A DNA stretch of 63,511 bases, the filler included. It is 6 parts of 6 records of this genome, joined end to end, with 100 filler letters (N's around TTAATTAATTAA, not from the genome) between each part and the next. Parts side by side here need not be neighbours in the genome. Positions count along the whole stretch, not along the records: positions 1 to 18,039 come from SRR20825019_2037; 5 more parts are not named here. One strand, written 5' to 3'. The notes below the pieces were generated by a model that did not search any database, was not told where the DNA came from, and saw only the letters and a list, made by a program, of their open reading frames with translations. Of this stretch, positions 1 through 6,236 are shown piece after piece. Numbering within the stretch: the stretch's first letter is position 1; every line of letters starts with the position of its first letter. The position numbers were made by a program, and so were the translations under genes.

Positions 1-729
1 CCATCCGTTGGCTTGGGATGGGGAAAATGCAATCCGAAAAATCCGAAAAACCGTCGTCTGAGAAGTTCAATCCTGATCGAGCAGGCAGGTAAAAAAATCC
101 TTGTCGATGTGACACCGGATTTTCGTGAACAGGCATTGCGCCATGACATCAATCATGTTGATGCGGTGCTGTTCACACATGCACATGCTGATCATGTCCA
201 TGGCATAGATGAGCTTCGCTGGATCAATGTCGCGATGCATCGACCGATCAATATTTACGCGTCTGCCGAAACCATCTCCGACATTGATCATCGTTTTGCC
301 TATGTGTTTGAACCATTGGCCAACGGCACAGACTTTTATTACAAACCTGTGCTGATCCCGCATGTAATATCCGGGCCGTTTGAAGCGGCAGGGGTTCCGA
401 TAACCGTTTTCCTTCAGGATCACGGTTACGGTGAAACACTTGGCTTCAAAGTTGGGAAATTTGCCTATTCAACGGACGTGGTCAATTTCCCGGAAGAATC
501 TCGAGAACATCTTTACGGGCTGGATGTCTGGGTTGTTGATTGCCTTCGTCATAAACCGCATGCGACGCACGCACATCTTGAAAAAGCGTTGCAGTGGGTT
601 GAGGAATTCAAACCCAAACAAACTTACTTCACGCACATGAGCATTCTTTTTGATTACGATGAAGCAATGGCAGATACGCCGGATCATGTCGCGCCAGCGT
701 ATGATGGGCTGGTTATTGATCTGGATTGA
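1..729 (+). CDS. MBL-fold metallo-hydrolase (PhnP/YycJ-like), 5'-truncated by window edge
   Basis: THAHADHVHG metallo-beta-lactamase motif, AYSTD, HATHAHL, THMS, AYDG; frame is open from base 1. Confidence 0.9.
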   Translation, partial: PSVGLGWGKCNPKNPKNRRLRSSILIEQAGKKILVDVTPDFREQALRHDINHVDAVLFTHAHADHVHGIDELRWINVAMHRPINIYASAETISDIDHRFAYVFEPLANGTDFYYKPVLIPHVISGPFEAAGVPITVFLQDHGYGETLGFKVGKFAYSTDVVNFPEESREHLYGLDVWVVDCLRHKPHATHAHLEKALQWVEEFKPKQTYFTHMSILFDYDEAMADTPDHVAPAYDGLVIDLD

Positions 730-763
730 AGGTCGGAAAGGTTGTTCGTTCTCCTATATCACA

Positions 764-791
764 AAGTTCTATAATATATATTAGCCGCAAA
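764..791 (-). other. dif-like XerC/XerD recombination site; probable left attachment site of the prophage
   Basis: Minus strand reads TTTGCGGCTAA-TATATA-TTATAGAACTT: 11-6-11 architecture with TAA/TTA inner triplets. One arm resembles alphaproteobacterial XerD arms (TTATGGAAC-type); the other is degenerate. It lies between a host gene and the phage repressor. Confidence 0.65.
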
Positions 792-877
792 TCATGTGTT
801 AATCCGTTGCTATCCTGTTCGCTACTCTAGGGTAGGGCGCAAAATCACGTAGGATATACACAAAGGTAGGATTGCGA

Positions 878-1171
878 TCAGGCCGCAATCCCGTCCATTG
901 CTTTGTGAATATTGTCATGCATCTTAATATAATAAGTCTCGGCGTCCGTTCCTTTGGTGCGCCAGTAATTGAGGTCTAGTAAAGCCTCAAATGGATCATT
1001 GCCGCCAAGCAAGGCTAACTTGATCATTATTTCATCACCGGGCAGGCCATGCCCGCGATGATAACGCGTCATGTTGATGCTATTGATGCCAAGTTCGCGG
1101 GCGACCGCATTGTTCGAATGCAGGTTTGAATGCCGTCTGGCGTCGTCAATGTAACCGCTGATTGATTTCAT
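878..1171 (-). CDS. Phage HTH repressor (DUF3693-like, Xre fold)
   Basis: SNNAVARELGINSINMTRYHRG helix-turn-helix; GGAG RBS upstream; divergent from the phage operon and pointing toward the dif-like site. Confidence 0.7.
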   Translation of the reverse strand: MKSISGYIDDARRHSNLHSNNAVARELGINSINMTRYHRGHGLPGDEIMIKLALLGGNDPFEALLDLNYWRTKGTDAETYYIKMHDNIHKAMDGIAA

Positions 1172-1220
1172 CGCTCATATCTCCGTTTCCCGCAAAGATT
1201 GTATCTCCAAAAAAACCCAT

Positions 1221-1306
1221 TTGACAACATACGGGGAGTTGTGGAGTTCTATTTGCAAGTTGCATAGTGATACTGTGCAATGTGCGATCCGTACCCATAG
1301 GGGTAC
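1221..1306. promoter_or_regulatory. Divergent control region with candidate operators
   Basis: TTGACA at 1221; imperfect dyad TTGCATAG-TGATA-CTGTGCAA (1260-1280) overlapping an extended -10-like TGATACTGT; dyad GTACCC-ATAG-GGGTAC (1291-1306). Confidence 0.4.
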
Positions 1307-1620
1307 CCCGTTTCCCAAAGCTCGGTGCCCCGTCCGGTACAGAGGATCGCCGGACAAAGGGAAACGAAGATGACGCAATTAGAGCAAGATCAGGGCATTA
1401 CGTCCGGGCCGTGCATATCCCCTTCAAAAAAAACCAGTTCGGCGCGTATGCGTTCTTTCCGGGCACTGGCCCAAAGGACAAGCGTTGCGCCGACTGCATG
1501 TATTGCCGCGATCCCGAAAAGAAGCCGACCTGCAATATGGTTGCGGCCTTTCCGGGCCGGTACAAGTCGGGGCCGATAAAGTCGGGTTCGGCAAGCTGCA
1601 AGTATTTCCGGCAGCGATAG
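1267..1620 (+). CDS. Small Cys-rich phage protein (start uncertain)
   Basis: PGTGPKDKRCADCMYC...C...SCKYF putative metal-binding pattern; true start is probably downstream of 1267. Confidence 0.5.
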   Translation: MILCNVRSVPIGVPRFPKLGAPSGTEDRRTKGNEDDAIRARSGHYVRAVHIPFKKNQFGAYAFFPGTGPKDKRCADCMYCRDPEKKPTCNMVAAFPGRYKSGPIKSGSASCKYFRQR

Positions 1621-1628
1621 CAGTTTCG

Positions 1629-1729
1629 CCCGTGTGAGGCTGGGGAGCCAAAATTCACGGGGGTTTGGAAGGGGCTTCTGCCTCTCCACAAGTGGGGAAG
1701 GTGGTTTTTGTCAAAATTCTGCCTTCCCC
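1629..1729. other. Cluster of three hairpins; candidate single-strand origin
   Basis: CCCGTG..GGCT-GGGG-AGCC..CACGGG; TGGAAGGGGC-TTCT-GCCTCTCCA; GGGGAAGG...CCTTCCCC, all in an intergenic gap of a rolling-circle element. Confidence 0.45.
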
Positions 1730-1795
1730 TTCTAAACCTCAAGAAAACCCTCTGCGCGAAGCGCCAATTTCCACATTCCACGAGGATGACGAACG

Positions 1796-2176
1796 ATGAA
1801 CCAGCTTAAATTTTCCGATGATCGCAAGCATGCATCCGGGCAGTTCTCGACGCTGCATTTCGGCCTTGATATTGAAATTCATGCCATTGATGGCAATTGG
1901 GATAAAGGCAAGCCGCCAGTCGGCACCGGCAAAGAGCCGGGGCGTCCGGCCTATGATGTGTTCGGCGCTGGCCGGGGTGGCGCGGTCAAGCTGGGCGCGG
2001 CATGGCTCAAAACCATTCAGAACGGCCCGAACACAGGGAAGCAGTTCCTTACCATGTCACTTGATGATCCCAGCTTCCCATCAGCGTTGAACCTGTCGGC
2101 GTTCGAAGGTGACGCGCCGGGTATCTATAATCTGAAATGGGAGCGCCCGCGTCAGGCGACCCAAGATGCCGCATAA
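1796..2176 (+). CDS. DUF736-family protein (putative ssDNA-binding)
   Basis: PAYDVF...KLGAAW...FLTMSLDDPSFPSALN...LKWERP matches the DUF736 pattern; GAGG RBS. Confidence 0.75.
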   Translation: MNQLKFSDDRKHASGQFSTLHFGLDIEIHAIDGNWDKGKPPVGTGKEPGRPAYDVFGAGRGGAVKLGAAWLKTIQNGPNTGKQFLTMSLDDPSFPSALNLSAFEGDAPGIYNLKWERPRQATQDAA

Positions 2177-2555
2177 GGGCAACGAGCAAGCCGGGGTTAA
2201 CGCCCCGGCCTTTCGTATTCCAGACGGTTTTTCGCATGAGACAATGCCGATTTTTGGCGGTGCGTTCTCTCATGCGAAACACTGTTTCGTGGAATGGTCA
2301 GAAGATGGCGAGGAATACGCGGCTTTTCTGCCGACTGATCGCGCTTTCGACTGTCTGGCGGCATGTGAAGCCATGATGAAGGCTAAGAACCCGCCGATAG
2401 AGAGCGCGGAAATCTGGCCTATGTGCCGGTCTGTCACCAAAGGAAACCTTGACCGCCTTTGGAAGCAGGTGCGGCGGCTGCGTGAGCCGGGAAATCAGAA
2501 AACATGGTCAATCGAGTTTGCCCGGTTCGGGTATGGCGGAGGGTTTGAACGATAA
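2166..2555 (+). CDS. Hypothetical phage protein
   Basis: Overlaps the DUF736 stop; TAATG-coupled to the next ORF. Confidence 0.5.
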   Translation: MPHKGNEQAGVNAPAFRIPDGFSHETMPIFGGAFSHAKHCFVEWSEDGEEYAAFLPTDRAFDCLAACEAMMKAKNPPIESAEIWPMCRSVTKGNLDRLWKQVRRLREPGNQKTWSIEFARFGYGGGFER

Positions 2556-2815
2556 TGGGTGGTTGTCTTTTTACAGGTCCGGCAGGAAGTCAAAACAGCG
2601 CGAAAATTGTTTACCCGTCCGCGTGGGTGCTTGTTGATATTGACTTGAAAACTGGCGATGTCGCCGGGGTTGTGGGGCCGTTTTTCTCTGAATTTGAGGC
2701 GGATAATTTTGACCGGCAACGTGCTCAGGTGCGGTCCTTCCGTCGGACGCATAAGACGCGGATTTTTTCCGTGACATCACCATACGACGAAATGCGGAAA
2801 GGATGCGAACGATGA
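2555..2815 (+). CDS. Hypothetical phage protein
   Basis: Translational coupling on both sides (TAATG, ATGA); GGAGG RBS. Confidence 0.55.
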   Translation: MGGCLFTGPAGSQNSAKIVYPSAWVLVDIDLKTGDVAGVVGPFFSEFEADNFDRQRAQVRSFRRTHKTRIFSVTSPYDEMRKGCER

Positions 2816-2916
2816 GCGGCGTAACGATAATTGCCTTTTTCGTTGGTGTTGTGATCGGTGCGGCGGTTGTTGCTGCCGTGTTCGCGGGCATCATTGATGG
2901 CTGGTTTAACAACTGA
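2812..2916 (+). CDS. 34-aa single-pass membrane peptide (not in ORF track)
   Basis: MSGVTIIAFFVGVVIGAAVVAAVFAGIIDGWFNN; ATGA overlap with the upstream ORF; AAAGGA RBS. Confidence 0.6.
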   Translation: MSGVTIIAFFVGVVIGAAVVAAVFAGIIDGWFNN

Positions 2917-2924
2917 GGTGAAAC

Positions 2925-3185
2925 ATGGGTAACGGAATGGATGCACTGAGCCGGGAAGAACGCGAAGAAATGCGCGGTAATCGCTTTCCTGAATGTTGGT
3001 GCGTAATGGTTTCTCGGTCCAAAACCAGTTGGGGCTGGGGTGTTGTCGTTGTTTACGGGCCGGTTGCGCGGCAAGGCGCAGAGGCGCTTGAAAAGGTTTT
3101 GACTGGCGCGGGATTTTTGGCAGAAGCGGTCAAGATGTCAGGGCACACCGTTGATATTGCCGATTTGAGGAAACTGGTTGATTGA
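2925..3185 (+). CDS. Hypothetical phage protein
   Basis: GAGGTG RBS 4 nt before the ATG; fits the operon. Confidence 0.55.
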   Translation: MGNGMDALSREEREEMRGNRFPECWCVMVSRSKTSWGWGVVVVYGPVARQGAEALEKVLTGAGFLAEAVKMSGHTVDIADLRKLVD

Positions 3186-3190
3186 CGGGC

Positions 3191-3237
3191 GAAGGGGGCA
3201 TTTTTGTATCACGCCCCCTTCTGATTACAGGGTAGGG
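3191..3237 (+). other. Candidate rolling-circle double-strand origin
   Basis: Perfect 9-bp IR GAAGGGGGC-N13-GCCCCCTTC followed by TGATTACAGGG, immediately 5' of rep, where Rep_trans origins are typically found. Confidence 0.45.
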
Positions 3238-3240
3238 AAA

Positions 3241-4449
3241 ATGGATTTAATCTACGCAGGGTTTGACGGTCTTGATGTGACGTTTCAGGGAGTCATCCCG
3301 CTTCGGGCGGTTGATGCTTTCGAAGCGGCCAAGGTGGCAGCACAGGAAACCAAACAGGAAACCTTTGCACAGGTCGGCAAATTCAAGGGTCATGTTGCCG
3401 AAACCGGGGCGCGTGGCGGCTATACGTATCGGGTTGATACCGGCAATCTTGGCTTTACGTGGTTCTTTTCCAAATCCCAGAAGCGCGAAGGCTGGAATAT
3501 CCGGGTTTCCTGCAAGTCGGCAACCCTTGCGACATACGGCTTTGAGGGGGCCATAGGGCTTATGTATGCCGATCTTGAGGCCGTGGGGGCGACGGTCCTG
3601 CAAGAGGCCATTGCAAGGGTCGATTTCGCGATGGATTGGCGCATGCCCGGTGATTTCCGGCTTGATCCGCACCGCTTCGCGCTCCATGGGACAACCAAGG
3701 CCGACATGCACGGCGAGGAAATCGGGCAGCACTGGCAGAAACGTCAATGCACCGGCTTGACAATCGGTAAAATGCCGGGGCGGCAAATCTGCATCTATGA
3801 CAAGCGCCGCGATATCGTCGCCAAACGCAAAGACGAATGGTGGAAAATCTGGGGGATTGACCGGGACGAATTTGAGAGGTCCGGGGATCAGATGTGGCGC
3901 ATCGAATTGCGGGCCGGAAAGAAGCATTTAAAGGAACAATGGGGCGTTACGTCATGGGCCGATCTTCGCGCCAAATTGGGCGATATCTATGCGCATGCGC
4001 TCCTACGTATACGTTACAAGGCCCGGACATGGGATGAAGACGAAAATATCACCCGCATTGAGGACGATCATATGTGGGAACGCTGCCGGGCTGTAACGGG
4101 TGGAAGCCTGTTTGAGTACACGAGCAATTGCGGGCCGGGTGTCGTCAAACAGGTCATGCAGGAACAACAGCGCCAGACCATCGCCGCGATGATGATCGGC
4201 TTGTCAGCAAACCTTGCAGTTCTGTCCGGGGTGGACAAAGACCAGCTATGGGAATTGCCGCCCCTGATTTCAAAAATGATTGCCAGCAACATCCACGGGG
4301 AGGAAAGCGGAAAAGAGTTCAAATCGAAAATGAAGAAGGTCTATCGCCGATATGAAATCTATGACGAAGATGGAGTGATCCTAGATGAAAGAACGATTGG
4401 ACAAATTGGTGGCGGCACAGGAAGCTGCACAGAAAGCGCCTTTGTTTAA
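3241..4449 (+). CDS. Rolling-circle replication initiator (Rep_trans / RstA-like family)
   Basis: GFDGLDV, IARVDFAMD, ICIYDK (catalytic Tyr) and WRIELR motifs; ATG 3241 has an AGGG RBS (track start is TTG 3178). Confidence 0.8.
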   Translation: MDLIYAGFDGLDVTFQGVIPLRAVDAFEAAKVAAQETKQETFAQVGKFKGHVAETGARGGYTYRVDTGNLGFTWFFSKSQKREGWNIRVSCKSATLATYGFEGAIGLMYADLEAVGATVLQEAIARVDFAMDWRMPGDFRLDPHRFALHGTTKADMHGEEIGQHWQKRQCTGLTIGKMPGRQICIYDKRRDIVAKRKDEWWKIWGIDRDEFERSGDQMWRIELRAGKKHLKEQWGVTSWADLRAKLGDIYAHALLRIRYKARTWDEDENITRIEDDHMWERCRAVTGGSLFEYTSNCGPGVVKQVMQEQQRQTIAAMMIGLSANLAVLSGVDKDQLWELPPLISKMIASNIHGEESGKEFKSKMKKVYRRYEIYDEDGVILDERTIGQIGGGTGSCTESAFV

Positions 4450-4546
4450 CAAGGCCCATCTGATCGACAAAGCATTAGTCGAATTGGGCGGGCTGTTGAA
4501 CGAAATGGTCGAGCGGATCGAGCGGCTGGAAAATGGCAACCGTTGA
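4385..4546 (+). CDS. 53-aa coiled-coil protein; positional analogue of PM2 P13 (not in ORF track)
   Basis: MKERLDKLVAAQEAAQKAPLFNKAHLIDKALVELGGLLNEMVERIERLENGNR; GGAG RBS; overlaps the rep stop and the Zn-ribbon gene start. Confidence 0.6.
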   Translation: MKERLDKLVAAQEAAQKAPLFNKAHLIDKALVELGGLLNEMVERIERLENGNR

Positions 4547-4904
4547 TCCGGGCACTGTGATTGAAGTTCGCGCTTGTTCAGGGTGTGGGAACCCGGTCTA
4601 CGTCAAGGCGAACAAAAATCAGATTGCATATTACTTTTGCACACCTAACGACGACAACAACGGTCAAGGGTGTTCGCATCATGAAAAATGGGGACGGGTC
4701 GCATCAAACCAGAAATTGAGGGCGTATTGGGAAGCCAGACGCGCCCACGAGCGTAAGGGGGTTGATGATGACCGAAAAGACCGATTGGCTACCGGGAGCC
4801 AGCCAGACGAAGCCGAAAGCCGGGCCGACGAAAGCCAGCCTGAACCAGTCCACGAGCCTCAACGGGCCATCCTCGCCGGATTTGCCGAATACATCCGATC
4901 ATGA
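4533..4904 (+). CDS. Zn-ribbon protein; PM2 P14-like transcription activator
   Basis: CSGCG...YYFC...GC pattern with an acidic tail, located between rep and the ATPase. Confidence 0.6.
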   Translation: MATVDPGTVIEVRACSGCGNPVYVKANKNQIAYYFCTPNDDNNGQGCSHHEKWGRVASNQKLRAYWEARRAHERKGVDDDRKDRLATGSQPDEAESRADESQPEPVHEPQRAILAGFAEYIRS

Positions 4905-5409
4905 CGATATTGATGCGGGTGCTGAACATCTGGCGTCGTTCACGGTTGATCCGCTAGAAGGCGAGGCCGACGAATTTGGCGGGCTGGATGGCCTGTCAAA
5001 TCTGGCCGATGACAGCGGCGAATTTATCAGTTCGGACGTGTTCTTTTCGTCCTTCTGTACCGCCTTCCAGATCGGCGCATGTGTGCCGCCATATCTGACC
5101 AGCCTCAAGATTGATGACAGCGAAATGGATCAGGCGCGCGCCGCGTCCGATGCGCTGTATGATATCTGTCTTGATACACCTTCCATGCATTTCCTTGTTA
5201 AGCCCGGTGGTGTGTGGTTTCAGCGCGTTGCCGCGATTTCGGCCTTTGCCTTGCCTAAGGCAATGGGGGTTGTTTCGGAAATCAAGGCGAAGAAGGCAAG
5301 GCCGGTCAATCAATCCCCTGGACAAGATAAAAAAGCCGAAAGGGCCAAGCCGGAACCAGCCAAAGAACCGCCTGCAAATGGTGGTCAATATGACTGGGCT
5401 CCGACGTAA
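4765..5409 (+). CDS. Acidic protein with hydrophobic helices, coupled to the packaging ATPase
   Basis: AAGGGGG RBS before ATG 4765/4768; hydrophobic stretches VFFSSFCTAFQIGACV and VAAISAFALPKAMGVV; TAATG coupling to the ATPase. Confidence 0.6.
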   Translation: MMTEKTDWLPGASQTKPKAGPTKASLNQSTSLNGPSSPDLPNTSDHDDIDAGAEHLASFTVDPLEGEADEFGGLDGLSNLADDSGEFISSDVFFSSFCTAFQIGACVPPYLTSLKIDDSEMDQARAASDALYDICLDTPSMHFLVKPGGVWFQRVAAISAFALPKAMGVVSEIKAKKARPVNQSPGQDKKAERAKPEPAKEPPANGGQYDWAPT

Positions 5410-6050
5410 TGGCGGCGTTTTCAGAAGCGGGCCGGATTGGCATCTGGGGTCGATCCGGGTCCGGCAAATCGACGCGGGCAAAGCGTTTGATTGCGAAACG
5501 AAAGCGGGCCGTTGTCTTTGATCCTCAGGACGAATACCAGCACGAGCGCGGCTTTTTCCGGGTAACAACGATTGATCAGGTCCGGGCCTATATGGCGCGA
5601 AACTGGCGGCGCAATTTCCGGGTGGCTTATGTGCCGCCAGCCGGGCAGGAAATGGCCGCGCTTGATCGGCTATCAAAGTTGTTGAAAGTCGCCCAACGGC
5701 CATTTTTCGACGGGCACGACGAACGGCAAATCTGTTTGCTGGTCGAGGAAATGAACGAATGTTTCCCCGTGACAGGGATACCACGCGCATTCGGTGGGTT
5801 TGGTGATCTCTGTTCGCGGGGGCGGCATTCGGGGATTGAATTGATCGGCGTTTCACAGCGAATTGCAGAAGTCAATACCCGGTTTCGAGGTAATTGCACC
5901 GAAACTTATGTTTTCCGGCAAAAAGGGCCGCGTGATCTTAAGGCGGCAAGTGACGAGTTGGGCGGCGTGTCAACCGCAGAAATCCAAGCGTTACAGCCGC
6001 ACCATTACATTCACGAGAAAAACGGGACCATTACCAAAGGGAAAAACTGA
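5409..6050 (+). CDS. Genome-packaging ATPase, FtsK/HerA superfamily (PM2 P9/A32-like)
   Basis: Walker A GRSGSGKS, VVFDPQDEY, Walker B LLVEE, arginine finger RGRH, sensor GVSQR; only 213 aa, no TM segment. Confidence 0.82.
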   Translation: MAAFSEAGRIGIWGRSGSGKSTRAKRLIAKRKRAVVFDPQDEYQHERGFFRVTTIDQVRAYMARNWRRNFRVAYVPPAGQEMAALDRLSKLLKVAQRPFFDGHDERQICLLVEEMNECFPVTGIPRAFGGFGDLCSRGRHSGIELIGVSQRIAEVNTRFRGNCTETYVFRQKGPRDLKAASDELGGVSTAEIQALQPHHYIHEKNGTITKGKN

Positions 6051-6120
6051 AAAATCGTGAATTTTCCTACGTAAGGTAATGTAACGTTACCTAGATTTGC
6101 CGCCCCCGAAATTGCGGCGT

Positions 6121-6153
6121 AACCCGGTTGTCAGACAGGCGACCGGGTTTTTT
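6121..6153 (+). terminator. Intrinsic terminator after the ATPase gene
   Basis: AACCCGGTTGTC-AGACA-GGCGACCGGGTT hairpin followed by a T-run. Confidence 0.6.
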
Positions 6154-6180
6154 GTTTCCCCGGCTGTCACACAGGAAAAA

Positions 6181-6226
6181 GAGGGTCGGCAACGATTCTG
6201 ACGCAATCCTCCAAAATTTGCCTTAA
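6181..6226 (+). repeat. Terminal inverted repeat of a Tn3-family transposon (GAGGGTCGGC type, TnXax1-like)
   Basis: GAGGGTCGGCAACGATTC... begins 56 bp from the tnpA stop; preceded by AAAAA (candidate 5-bp target); inner boundary approximate. Confidence 0.65.
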
Positions 6227-6236
6227 CCTATTGTAT

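Larger units (their letters stand above)
764..6180. mobile_element. Integrase-less PM2-like (tailless double-jelly-roll type) prophage, early/replication/packaging half, interrupted at 6181
   Basis: Divergent HTH repressor; tightly coupled small ORFs (TAATG/ATGA overlaps); rolling-circle Rep; coiled-coil plus Zn-ribbon pair; membrane protein; 213-aa P9/A32-type ATPase. Gene order matches corticovirus PM2 as recalled. Confidence 0.75.

Noticed and set aside
1-729. phnP of a phosphonate pathway linked to ptx
   Set aside because: It lies outside the mobile region with no C-P lyase genes; it fits the ordinary housekeeping MBL hydrolase
878-6050. Filamentous phage (inovirus) interpretation
   Set aside because: The repressor, Rep type and dif site fit, but the ATPase is short with no Zot/pI TM or C-terminal domain, follows P13/P14-like genes, and no pIII/pVI/pVIII block precedes it; disfavoured, not formally excluded
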